From assembly GCA_002269645.1 (NCBI GenBank), contig NIVC01000255.1, forward strand, positions 1 through 64,000: 64,000 nt of DNA. The letters run 5' to 3'. Under the pieces are notes generated by a model that was not told the origin of the DNA, ran no database searches, and saw only the letters and a program-made list of their open reading frames with translations. Both the position numbers and the translations under genes were made by a program. Shown piece by piece: positions 25,130 to 36,637 of this stretch (position 1 is the first letter of the stretch; every line of letters begins with the position of its first letter). This DNA is from Macrostomum lignano. Taxonomy: Eukaryota.

Positions 25130-25325
25130 AACTTGAGTTCGTGGAGACCAAGAACTAGGGATCCGAGTAAGGAAACTTGAGGTCGTGGAGACCCAAACTA
25201 GGGTTCTGAATAGGGAACTTGAGGTCGTGGAGATTTAAACTAGGGATCTGAACAGGGAACTTGAGGTCGTGGAGACCCAAACTAGGGATCTGAATAGGGA
25301 AACCAGAGGTCGTGAAGACCCAGGA
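25130..25325 (+). repeat. 42-bp tandem repeat, about 4.5 copies
   Basis: AACTTGAGGTCGTGGAGACCCAAACTAGGGATCTGAATAGGG units; read in frame as ELEVVETQTRDLNR. Confidence 0.85.
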
Positions 25326-25989
25326 TAGAGGCCAGAAGGAGAATCTCGAGGGCGTACAGACCCTAAGAAAGCCGTACAGGCTACAATAGACAATAGGCGC
25401 TAAAGAGATTAGGCATTAGGAGAACAAATTAGTCACCGCTGGACACCCTTGATCCCCGGAAAACGCTAGACTTTCGGACTGAACTACCGCTCGGGCACTA
25501 CACGCTATCACAATGTTTCTAAGAAATCGTGTGAAATTAGAAATTTCTAAGAAAGGCCATAGTTTAGGGCAGCCAACGCTATTTAAAGCAGACATTTAGT
25601 AGGATTTTGTAGGAAAGAGGCAACACGTCTCTAACAACTTGGTGACAATTCGGTAGGATATTAGGACAGGAGTACCCACTAGAACATTAGGCCAATCAAT
25701 CTGGACAAGACTCCCAGTTAGGATAGTTCTTTAAGAGTATCAATACGAGCTGCAAAACTTTGATGAGCAGCGGCACGATCTAGTATAATTCCTTCTCTTC
25801 CTCTTCACTCTTTCTTAGTTGTTTGAACGACGGAATCTCAGAGTCTTAGAGCATATTTGTTATTTTTACAACATGGCAAAAAAATTAATTTGCTGGCTTT
25901 CAAAAAATACTAAAAAGCCCAATTTGGGCATGCTATTTTCACTAGTGGCTTGAGACGACTGTCGGCGCTTTAGACAAACTACCCTCCCC

Positions 25990-27010
25990 CCTCTTGCTCT
26001 CTCGTTCCTCCTGCGTCCGAGCCTCTCGCCATACGTCATTCTATTTTTAGACTGAGGGCTTCGCGGACCCCGTTTCCCGAGCCGAACCCTCCCTTGTGCA
26101 GCCTTGTGCGCACAAGCCCAAATTTGGCATGCTATTTTCATGCTACTCTCTCCCCCATGTTTAATCAATATCTGTCGTGCATCATTCCCACTCTTCGGGC
26201 TGTCGTTCTATGGTTAACCCATGTAATGCCCAAACGCTCCACCCTCCGCGTTTTATATCAATGCACGTCTGAATTTCTCAGCAGAACCGCTTCCTGGGGA
26301 CTTGTCGAGAGCTTTCTCTAAGTTCAGCTCTCTAGCGCCGGTTACAGCGAAGCAAAGCTCCTGAGCTGGTCTTGGTAGAGCATTGCTAGTGCTATAGCTC
26401 TGTTTTCTAGCCTACCGTATTGGCAGGAAATCATTTGGCTAAAGCCATTCTGCTGATTATCTATTCGCGACACAGGCGCGAATGTAAGAGTGAGAGTGAT
26501 TGTGCAGTCGCAGCACACGTGCGCGATTCGAAGAAATAGTTGTTAGACTTAGTCAGTTGTGAGTCTATTGCTGCTGCAGGCACATATACCTATTCCTCGC
26601 TGCCCATCTGCGCGAGATGTAGCTAATAGGTTAGTAGGAATTAGGAATCCTCTGAGAGTCAAACTCAGACACGCTCAAGCGCGGACATTATGTCAGTGCC
26701 GGGACTGCGCTGCTTAGGCCATTTGCTACCATTGAGTCCTGTCATTTGGACATTGAAATCTCTGAGACCAGTTATTATAGCTGTTTGGAACCCAAACAGA
26801 CCCTTTCATCGCGGATCCTACGGTCCCCACGCTGGTGGCAGCACTACCCTTAATTTTAGAATTCTCCCCAGTTTCAGCCCACTTACGAGTGCTTAGCAAG
26901 GTTGCCTCGGACACCAGCAGTCCACATAACCCAAGCACACCAAAGGAGAACCACTTCACTGGTGATAGCTGTGGAATAGACTCCAAAACCCCAAGCAACC
27001 AAAAGCTCAG
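25990..27010 (+). repeat. Dispersed repeat, copy B of 12390-13520
   Basis: Collinear match. An extra, permuted copy of the CCCAA(A)TTTGG(G)CATGCTATTTTCA block lies in front of it (about 25918-25980). Confidence 0.85.
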
Positions 27011-27027
27011 TTACTACACTGAGCTCC

Positions 27028-28070
27028 TTGATGAGACAGTGGGAAGTCATCGCAGACGCCTATGATCAGTTACACGACGCGTTTCGTAAAGAAAATCCCA
27101 ACTGCGGAGTAAATAAAACATCTCAGTACGAAATGTTTGGCAGTGACTTTGTCATAGAGCTCTTATGTCTGCAAGACCTTCTGGTACCTTTCAAAGCATT
27201 TATGAGTATTCTTCAAGATGGCCAACTTCCTCATTGGAAGGTTGGCACCCTTTGGAAGACTGTAGCCGATTTTCTTCATGTGCGAGGCGAACGCTTTTGC
27301 AGGTTGGTTTAGAGATGAAATATTGTTTAAGTTTTTCACCAGTTTTCTATTAGCCGTACGAGTTCATAATTTGATATGTATATGAGTTATATTATTTCAT
27401 TAGACAAAATTAGGCGCCTTTTTAAAATGGACATAGTTAAATAAATTGACGAAGTTTAATAAATTAAACAGGCTGGATTATCCTCGCAACGACAAGTTTG
27501 CCGACTCAATTTGCCCAGATAGCGAATTTGCAGGCGTCCTATTGCTAGAGGGTTGGCTCATTCAGGTTGCCCCTGATGATCAGGCTTCACCTCAGACTCC
27601 TGGCAGGCGACGTCGTCCTGGTGGTCCCATCCATTGGCGACTTCGTGAGCAAAATGTAGAATATAGTGATTCATCCAATCATATTTCCATTAATGTAACT
27701 TATATCCTTAAAATATGCATTTTTACACAGGACATCGAAGACGATATCTGCAAGCTGGCAGGAGCCCTTCATCGCAGTTTGTCACTCGAATCAAGCGCTG
27801 CTTGAATAAGTCCCAGCTTGATTGTGCAGTACTTGATGCTACAAATGCCATCTCTGAGCTGACCTCGAGGGGCTGGCAAAAGTGGAGGCGATAACATCGT
27901 CACCGGAAGCTTTCCGCCTCGTCAATCAGGCTTCGTGTTTTGCTACACTGCGCAACCTGGACAAGCGCCTGTCACGTGTGAACGTTGCATCATATGTGAC
28001 GGCCGACAAGGCTGGTTGAAGCCTGATGTCTGTGGCGAGATTGTCAATATCGAAGTGGGTGAACCACGGC
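27028..28070 (+). pseudogene. Fragment of a divergent hAT-like transposase (paralog of 50399-53697)
   Basis: GSDFVIELLCLQDLLVPFKAFMSILQDGQLPHWKV aligns by eye with SAPFIVELLVVRDVLKPFSSVMLRAQNLQLPAWHI in the 50-kb gene. Further spliced fragments FAGVLLLEGWLI and DIEDDICKLA. Confidence 0.6.
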
Positions 28071-28083
28071 ATTCCGCTGATTT

Positions 28084-28255
28084 CATGCTTGGGCGCAACC
28101 TAGGGATTCACCCGGCCGTTTCTATTGGCAAAACACACATGTAAGTCGCTATTGGGCGGAATAGTAGTCACGTGACTGCACTCAGTCAATAGCGACTTAC
28201 ATTTGTGTGTTGCCAATAGAAACGGCCGAGTGATTCCCAAGGTTGCGCATGTATG
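28084..28255. mobile_element. 172-bp fold-back hAT-type MITE
   Basis: Arms of about 70 bp (right arm reverse complement CATACATGCGCAACCTTGGGAATCACTCGGCCGTTTCTATTGGCAA...GTAAGTCGCTATTG). Perfect 8-bp TSD GCTGATTT at 28076-28083 and 28256-28263. Confidence 0.88.
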
Positions 28256-28743
28256 GCTGATTTTGCCCTTCATCTAACTGGAAAAACACGCGATAGAAAT
28301 AGCTTTGCTGCAACTGCAGATGACCATTTATTTTTTTCAAACCCTTGCATATTCAATCGGGCCGGAAAAAGGCATGCGCGCTGCTTGACTTTGCGCTCCA
28401 ATGTGGAGGATCTGGTAAGAACTAGTAAAATTAAAAACTCTCAAACTATTCGGTGCAGTAGCAATAAAGTACAATAAACTTGCCTGTATGATTCAAGTCG
28501 TAGAAAACATTACAGAATAGTAACATTACTTTATTTATTCTCTAATTAAGTTACTAGCAAAGCTGAAATGGATGCTGCCACTTTTTGCCAGTTGCCGAGG
28601 TGCGCAACAACGGTGGCAGAGGGTCGAGGTTGGCTAGAGGGCTCTTGAACATGTTCAACCAAGTATCGTGCCAGACATTCCTGTGCTGGATGAAGGGTAC
28701 ACTGGTGAGGTGAGGTGCCGTAGTTGGATTTTGCGCTGCTGTC

Positions 28744-29583
28744 ATGGCCGCAAATGGAGTCAATCAGGCTCTAGATCTGGAGGATCTAGGGGCTAATGTG
28801 ATAATTGAGGACTTCGACTCCGTGACCATCACTCAGCTGGAAGGGGTGGACCTGGATTTCGCCCTGCTAATGGATTCGGTTGGAGTGCGCAGGCAGTCCT
28901 TGATGCGTCCTCCTCCACCACCTGAGCCGCATGTGAGTGCCTCTTCTGCTTCACAGGCCTCACACGATGCCACTCAGAGCGCTGAGTCAAGTTCGGCTAG
29001 TCAGCCTGCTGCGTACGGAACCGCTAAAGGCAGAGCTACTACCCCTTCTGCAGCTCAAACAGGAGGGTCCAGGAAGTCAGGCAAGCTGCTGCCGGTTCCC
29101 GGTGAGTTGAAGGGGACACTTCTTGGAGCAAAAGGTTTTGTGGAATCAGTCTCCCTGATCGTGGTGGGACTTGACAAGAATCTGACAGGTGAGTTCAACG
29201 CCAAGAGAATGGCAGATTAGGTGTTTTCCGGTGTGCCCAGCCTGCAGGGCAAGCCGTCCACTGAGTACCAGGCAGCTTTGGAGAAGATTTTTGCCGACAA
29301 CGGAGTGCCTAAATTTCTTGGCAAGTGGGCCAGTGAAAACCGCACCAAAGTTGGCCACATGCTCCTCGCAGGAGGAATCGCCAAGGCACCGGTCGGCATT
29401 AAGCAGAAGATAGATGCCAAGATTGATGGATTCCCAGCCAAGGAGATCCAGACGGGCTTCCGTACTGAGAAAAAGGTGGCTCTCTCTGGGGCGAAAACAC
29501 ATGTCCCGAAGGTGGCCCTGTTTGAGGCAGACGAACTGAAAATCAAGACGGGATGCAGGTCAGGTGTCCTACTGAAAACTTGA
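28744..29583 (+). pseudogene. Unassigned degraded coding region (two in-frame ORFs, 28744-29220 and 29221-29583, separated by one TAG)
   Basis: GC-rich, protein-like composition; in-frame stop upstream as well. No family recognised. Confidence 0.35.
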
Positions 29584-29699
29584 CCAAACCTAGTTTACTT
29601 CTGCGTCTACCACCCAATGCAGCTGACACAGAGCGAATTCCTATCAATGTGCGATCCAATGTCACTCAATGCTAAACACAACTCTGCAGCTTTTATTTT

Positions 29700-30780
29700 C
29701 CTTTAGTAACCTACCAGACAGTACACCAATGCATTCTGGGGTTGCGGCAACAATATGCAAGCTTCGTGAACGGTTTTGGATTTTAAAGGTGAGACAGCGC
29801 GTGAAGCAGTTACTGGCGGGGTTTGTTGTCTGCAAGAAGTTTCAAGGTCGACCGTTTTCCGTGAGTGCGGTTCCGCAGCTTCCATCCTTCCGTTTGTCAA
29901 CTGTTCGTGCTTTTCGTACCGTAGGACTGGATTATGCTGGTCCGATATTCTATCGGACGGGGGAGAGTGGTGAGAGCAAAAAGGCGTACATCCTGCTCTT
30001 CACTTGCTCAGCAACTCAAGCCGTTCACCTGGAAGTTGTTTCGAGTATGGACAGCGAACAGCTTCTGCATGCACTGCGTCGGTTCGTGGCTCGACGGGGC
30101 ATTCCCTCCGTCGTCAGTGACAATGCACGGACATTTCGGTCAGGCGCCAAACTGATCGGCGCTAGTGTCTCAGAAGAGCTGCAGTCGTTCTATTCCTCGA
30201 AGAAGATTTGTTGGCATTTTGTGCACGAGCGAGCCCCGTGGTGGGGAGGCTACTGGGAAAGGCTGATTGGCATCGTGAAGATGGCACTAAAAAGGCTGCA
30301 GGTCGACAGCTGTTCGACCAGTTGATCACTCTAACTGTGGAAGTCGAAGCTGTGGTTAACTGTCGGCCGCTGTTCAGGCGACGGATTCAGGTTCGGATCT
30401 TCGGATTCAGGCGACGGTATGGAGGTCATCACACCGTCCCATTTCATTGCAGCTAGTCGTCTCAGCCAAGAACCGGAAAATATCGACGGTGAGGCGGACT
30501 CCGTTCTACCGCTACCGAAACGGCTTAGAATGCTTAGAGCAGCTCTGGGTGGTTTTGGAACCAATGGAAGACGTCCTACTTGGAGTCTCTGCGCGAGAAA
30601 GCCCTAAAGGATCAACCTAACCACCGTCCACCAAATGTTGAAGTAGTTCTTCTGGCAGGTGAAGCTCGACAACCAAGACTCGAATGGAAATTGAGTATTG
30701 TCGAGGAAGTTCGTCCTGGCCGTGATGGACCGTTCGGTTCTTCTTCGCGTTGCGGGTGCTGGGAGTTCCCGGCGTTGGGA
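29700..30780 (+). pseudogene. BEL/Pao integrase + DUF5641-like tail
   Basis: HSGVAATICKLRERFWI, GLDYAGP, LFTCSATQAVHLEVV, RRFVARRG, SDNARTF, APWWGGYWERLI and VVLL..EWKL.IVEEVRPGRDG; several frameshifts. Confidence 0.92.
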
Positions 30781-31229
30781 ACGGGTGAGACGGCCAGTCC
30801 AGTCGTTGATTCCTTTAGAGGTTCAATCCTACGACCGTTATTTTTTGTACTTTCCCACAACTTTCGAATTCGTTTGCTAACTTTTTTTGACAGCCTCTCG
30901 CAAAATTTTTCAATGGGAAAAGGTTTGTTTTTCTGTTTTTAGATAATTCTCTTGGTGGTGGACGATGTTACACGCGTCATTATTCGTCATTTTTCCGTTC
31001 ACGTCGTAATATACTTTTTCCTTATCTATCATGCTTACGTGCGCTTAAACTTGGCTCTAACGGTTTTCTGGTCTCTGCTGACTGTTTCACTCAAAGCAAC
31101 AAACCAGTCCTTGTCTGTTAGGCTAAGATTTTTTTTTCATTTTTCATTGTTATTTCGCAACAAGTTCGAACGTAATTTAGTTTTGCTTCTCCGAATTTAA
31201 AAATCAAATGATAAATCATTTGGGGGGAG

Positions 31230-31657
31230 TGTCGAAAAAATGAGTTGGCCTAGGCTAGCCGCCTATTTCATCCATAACTTATTTTTCTCTATTTTCACTG
31301 TACGCACAATGTACTCAATATATATCTCCGCCAACCCCCTCCCAACCTTTTCACCTATGTTTAAGTTATAAAATATAAAAGCTGAATTCTGGGCTGCCAC
31401 CGCCCTAACTTCGTTTTCTTTATCGTCAGCTAAAATCAGTTTATCGGTTTATTTTATAGTCGCTATACCTGCGTTTGCTGCTAAGTGCTGACATTTTTGT
31501 CCTGTGCATATGTCTTCTCTTGCTTTTTTGTAAGAGATGTAAAAACATGTAGAAGAGAAAACGATTACATGCACAAGAGTGTGTAGTCGGCGAGTATGGC
31601 GTGCAGTAAGTGTGCAAACAAAAAGTTCCTAGTATACATTCCGGCATGCATCCAACA
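31230..31657 (+). mobile_element. 3' LTR of the BEL/Pao element
   Basis: PPT GGGGGGAG (31222-31229) directly followed by TGTCG...; plausible end ...TCCAACA at 31657. No 5' LTR seen. Confidence 0.6.
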
Positions 31658-31821
31658 TGATCCGGATTATGGAGCAGGAGTTAGATGGCCTGGTCAGGGA
31701 CTCAACCTAGTCTCTACAGCTCTGCCTAGTATATCAAGGGAGATCTAGGAGAATCCGAAAAAATCTACTATCAGATCCCGCAACCAGAGCATGGTTAAAT
31801 TATATAAAAATATATAATTTT

Positions 31822-31984
31822 TTATATCATCGGCTGGTCGTCGACGAAGGTCGTCTTAACTGACAAGGAATGTACAGAGCGTACCGTGTTTCGTGAGGAG
31901 ATGCATGTTTCTTTGCAGCTCTGTCTTTTCCAATGTTGACGCATCTTTCGAAGGCAGACGATGTTGGAAGGATAAGATGTATTG
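31822..31984 (+). pseudogene. MULE (ZSWIM3-like) transposase, 5' half
   Basis: WSSTKVVLTDKECTERTVFREEMHVSLQLCLFQC*RIFRR...DVL resembles the MULE TDKD..ER..F...CLFH motif. Joins in frame to 46590 across the TTG TSD. Confidence 0.72.
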
Positions 31985-32744
31985 CCCCTAGTGCCATGCT
32001 TTGTTGTTTTAACATTGCGATTGTTGCAAACGTTGACGAGAAGCCATGTTGCTATTACACTGTTGCTAGAATGTTTTAGAAACGTTGATTATGTTTTCGA
32101 AAATTAAATAATGCAACCTCTCTTTTTCGTAAATTACACAATCTATTAAAGAATGAATAAGTTTTTATATTTTAATAACTTTTAAGTTATCTATTTATTA
32201 CTAATGGATTATAACTTTTATTTAGGATATACTTTTTGTTGAACTGCGTATTCAATAAATGCTTTGTGCTATAATTTTCAAATTTCATCGTCCTTAAATT
32301 TTTGTTGTGCGCTGGAGACCTAAATTGGCTAAGCCAAGAGCTAAGGAGCCTAGGTATTTGAGAACAGTTCGTTTGATTTCATCACTTCAATTCAATTCAT
32401 TTCAGTGCCTTTTGAATTATCATTCAACAATTTTGATTACTAGCATACAACATACTAGCTCGATTACTTGCAGTGCCACCTGGCATCGATGTATTGGCAT
32501 TTTTGGCTTACCTTGTCATCACCATGGTGACAACTTCTGATTCTGAAGTATAAGAGCCTGTGGGTCGTTATCTGGTGATTAATGATAACCTGTCAATGTC
32601 AAATAATCCAATGCCTTCTGGCTCTAACCAACAGGGTCATTCTATTGGTAAGGACTCTTTAAAGCTCGTAGATAGTAGACCTAGTTATTTTATTATTAGT
32701 AGCTACTATTTATTAGCTACATAACACATGCTAGCTTTTTCTTG

Positions 32745-33683
32745 TGAAGTAGCTAAAACCCTATTATATACTGTATGTTACGTATTTCACGCATGTAATT
32801 CTGCCTTTTCCTTTTAGTGTATTCGTAAACTCAATTAATACTATGCACTAAATATGTACGCCTACATCTTTTATTTTGCCTTAACAAAGAATTCAGTAAG
32901 AAAATATTGTTATAATGTATCCGCCATTTTTGTAAAATTTACTATATAAGCAAGAAAATATACGGTAGGAAAGATAACTTTCTCCGCTTGGTTTGCCACT
33001 TGGCTCCAACACTCATATCCTGAGCAGTTGTGCTAAAAATAGAACTTAGTATTCGTCAGTCTTCCCTCCTTTTCTTAGAGGAGCGTCCAGTAGAGACGAA
33101 CAGCCACTCCCTTCCCTTCCTCACCGCGAGCGCTCCCCGGAACGATCCGAGCCCGCACATACCCCCCCCCCTTGGACGTGCAGTAATCCCAAGAAGCCCT
33201 CCCCACTCTACCCCAGGCATAGCGATTGCCAAGTCACTGCCCGCCCCGACTAATTGTCCCTTAATATTAGACGTCTGATTCCGCTACTTAATTCCCAATG
33301 AAGCAAACTGCCCTCCCCGCCAGCATTCCCCATTAACCACTAGAATTCCCCATTAGCGCACCAGGCAACTCTAATCCATCGCGAAGCCCTTACCCCCCCC
33401 CCATTTATATTTCCCTGGACTGAGTAGAAAATTGTGTCTTGCCGCTCGGACACATCACGCCACCAGGAGCAACCTAAGGCTTACTCCTATCAGTAGTAAA
33501 AATTGCGTATCTTCTTTAAATCCCAAGACCCTCGAAATTCCCTGCAAAAATTTGATAAAATAAAGTTAATACTCCCCGACCCCTGTAACAAATTTGGCGG
33601 AATTTTAGTGAAAAGCAAAAGACACTATCACAAATTTGGTATCAGTAATAGGATAAACTTACCTCCCTCACGACCCTACAACA
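32745..33683 (+). repeat. Gypsy 5' LTR
   Basis: TGAAGTAGC...CTACAACA; differs from the 3' LTR by about 13 substitutions and 3 small indels (hand count). Confidence 0.95.
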
Positions 33684-33686
33684 ATT

Positions 33687-33699
33687 TGGTGGCAGCGGT
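33687..33699 (+). promoter_or_regulatory. Primer-binding site complementary to the tRNA-Leu 3' end
   Basis: TGGTGGCAGCGGT, 3 nt after the LTR; complementary to ...ACCGCTGCCA-CCA of eukaryotic tRNA-Leu(AAG/UAG). Confidence 0.8.
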
Positions 33700-33771
33700 A
33701 AAGGATTAGAATCTGGTGAAACGCGCACTCAAACCCCAGTATAATTTTCCATCCCCTATCCCTGAAGTACA

Positions 33772-35493
33772 ATGGCCGCAGGAATTAACGAAGCCCTAGG
33801 ACTCTTAGCCGAAGAGCTCCGTAAACAGCGCCGATCAAATTCAAGAAACTAGTAAAAGCATTAGTACATTTGACGGTACCCCATTCCAATTAGAAGGAGA
33901 AGTATCCGCCCAAGTGAAATTTGGCGATATCCAAATCGAAGTTGATTTCCTCCTATGCCGACATGACTGTGACAATATTCTAGGAATTGAATTTTTCCTA
34001 TTCCAATGCGAAAGCATTCAGCTAGCCAAAGGAATGCTAGTGCTCAATGAAGGAACTTGTATACCCATGCAGTATACCCGCCTACCCGTGAAAGTTTGCC
34101 GAGTTTATACTCAAGAAAGAGCAACCGTCCCAACCAATAGTGCCCTCCGAATACCCGTGAAATTAGCCAAGAATTGTGAATCGAATTACGGCACTCCCAT
34201 GACCATAAAAGCCATTGGCGATACTATCCGAACCCGTGATTTCTCATTAGAAATGGTTCCAACCCTAGTAACTATGAAAGAAGGCAAAGGAATTGTCGAG
34301 ATTATTAACCGCCACCCAGTAGATGTGAATTTAACTCAGACTTCCCTAATTGGCCTAGCCAGACCCATGAAAGCCAAAGACTTGACCTATTGGCAAACCC
34401 AATCTACCAACCCCCAACCCCCGGCGAAAGTCAACCAGACCCAATGTACAGAAGACTCATTGAGTAACCCACGAAATCTCTATTAAAGACCCCACCCCCG
34501 TTAGGATCCCAGCTAGACGCATCCCCCCACACTTGCAAAAGCAAGTTGACGCCCAATTAGACGACATGTTAGCTAAAAACCTAATTAGACCCTGCTATTC
34601 AACCTACTCCACCCCCCTAGTAATTGTCCCCAAGAAAGATGGTTCCATCAGAATAGTCAGCGATTTCCGAGTACTCAACTCAAGAGTTAATTACTACCCC
34701 TACCCCCTCCCCAATATCCAAAAGACCTTCTCCCACCTAACTGGTAGCCAATATTTTAGCAGCCTTGGTTTAAACTCAGGATACTGGCAAGTCCCCATCA
34801 AAGAAGAAGATAAGCATCGAACCGCCTTCTCCACCCTAACTAGAGGCCAATTTGAATACCAAGTGATGGCCCAAGGACTTTCCAATGCCCCCGGAACCTT
34901 CCAACGTCTAATGAATTTAGTCCTATTAGGAATCCAGCATAAGTTCGCCATGTCCTATATAGACGATATAATAGCCTACTCCCAAACTTTTGCCGAACAT
35001 TTAGAGCACTTGAGAGAAGTATTCAAGCGACTAATTGCCGCAGGTCTAAAGTTGAGACCCAAAAAGTGCAATCTTTTCCATCACGAGTTAAAGTACTTAG
35101 GACACGTGATTGGCCGACAAGGCATTCAAACAGACAAGACGAAGATTGAAGCAATCCAAACTGGGCCCCGTCCTAAAGACGTAAAAGAATTACGCAGTTT
35201 TCTTGGCCTATGCAACTATCATTGCCGATTTGTAAAGAATTATGCCAAAGTGGCTCACCCCCTATTCCAATAGACTCGAAAAGAAGTCCAGAATTTCCGA
35301 TCTAAATGGAGCAAAGTGCATGATGAAGCCGTTGAAGCTCTAAAGCAGCGAATGATATCCACTGAAGTGTTAGCATACCCCGAATATGTCGAAGATGAGA
35401 ATGTGAAGATGGTGCTCGACACAGATGCCAGTGACGACAGGATTGGCGCATGCCTTGGCCAAATCCAGAGTGATGACATAGAGCGACCAATAG
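33772..35493 (+). pseudogene. Gypsy gag stub / protease C-terminus / RT / RNase H N-terminus
   Basis: MAAGINEALGLLAEELRK is fused by deletion to the protease end (CDNILGIEF). RT motifs PLVIVPKKDG, DFRVLN, YPLP, GYWQV, MAQGLSNAPGTFQR, YIDD, YLGH; RNase H LDTDAS..IGACLGQ..ERPI, then interrupted. Confidence 0.93.
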
Positions 35494-35593
35494 TTCCCTT
35501 CGTTCCCATAACCCCGATACTTGAAACCGGAATTGCACAACAAGCAAACAATCTATTCTCAATCTAGTCAATCGACCTCCACCCGTCCAAACG

Positions 35594-36637
35594 GTGCAGT
35601 CGGTGGTCGTTAGAGGTGTACCGACGGAGATCGAAGTACCGGCCTTCGTAGAGCATCTAAAGAAGGATGTGGGGCTCAAGGTCGTCTCTGCGAGCCGCAT
35701 AACCTCCAGAGCGCGAAATGAGCCGACGCATCTAATCCGACTTTTCCTTCCCAATAAGGCTACTGCTGATGCGTGCCTGGCAACGGGCATTATATCCGAC
35801 TTTACGCATTATGTCTGTGAGCCCAGCAAGACGACCGCTCCAGTAAGGGCACTCCAATGTAGCAAGTGTCAACGTTTTGGACATACTGCCAACCGGTGCC
35901 GGTCCGCCCCCCGCTGCAATATCTGTGCGGAGGCGCATCGTTGGCAGAATTGCCCCAACCCTGAAGCGGCAAGGTGCGCCAACTGTGGAGAGGCTCATCG
36001 GGCCAACCACCGAAACTGTCCTGTGGCCAATGAAAAACATGACGAAGCGGCCCGGCGTGCTGCAGCGTTCCAAGCTGGCGCCCGGGAAGCGGCAGCAACG
36101 GCACAGGCAACAGTGGCAAAAACCAATCGAGCAGCTTTTGCAGCAGCACTGGTACCGGCAGCAGCAGCAGCAGCAGCAGCGCCACCTGCCCCCGCTCCTC
36201 GTCCAGCCCTAGCGACGGCGTCAAGAGCAACCGAGACCGCTGCACGGGCGTCCACGGCTACGGGGGGCACTGACGACGACTCGTCCTGGCTCACCGGCCC
36301 CAGCCTTCCTAGTCGGAAGCGCCCTGTGCGCGACTCGATTGATTCTGAGACCCAAACGCAGCCGCCAGCAAGAGCTGAAGCGCCAACTAATGTACCGGAC
36401 TTTCAAGGACTGGTGAGTGGGCTCCTCCCCCTCCTGGTTCAAGCACTTGTTGAGGTGCTTACGACTCTCTGGCTGAGTCCAGCCGAACGGCCGCCTACTA
36501 CAGAAGGTACCGGTCAATCCGTGCAAGATGTAGTAGGTAGGGTTCTGGCCCGGGTACTCGAAAGAGGATCGGCAAGTCACAAAGGCCTTGGTCAGCTGCT
36601 TGGTGCCTCCTGGCGTCAGGCGGATGGCCAGACCTAG
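35594..36637 (+). CDS. LINE B ORF1 (gag-like, three CCHC knuckles), N-terminally truncated
   Basis: CSKCQRFGHTANRC, CNICAEAHRWQNC, CANCGEAHRANHRNC, followed by an Ala/Pro-rich linker. Confidence 0.88.
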   Translation: MQSVVVRGVPTEIEVPAFVEHLKKDVGLKVVSASRITSRARNEPTHLIRLFLPNKATADACLATGIISDFTHYVCEPSKTTAPVRALQCSKCQRFGHTANRCRSAPRCNICAEAHRWQNCPNPEAARCANCGEAHRANHRNCPVANEKHDEAARRAAAFQAGAREAAATAQATVAKTNRAAFAAALVPAAAAAAAAPPAPAPRPALATASRATETAARASTATGGTDDDSSWLTGPSLPSRKRPVRDSIDSETQTQPPARAEAPTNVPDFQGLVSGLLPLLVQALVEVLTTLWLSPAERPPTTEGTGQSVQDVVGRVLARVLERGSASHKGLGQLLGASWRQADGQT

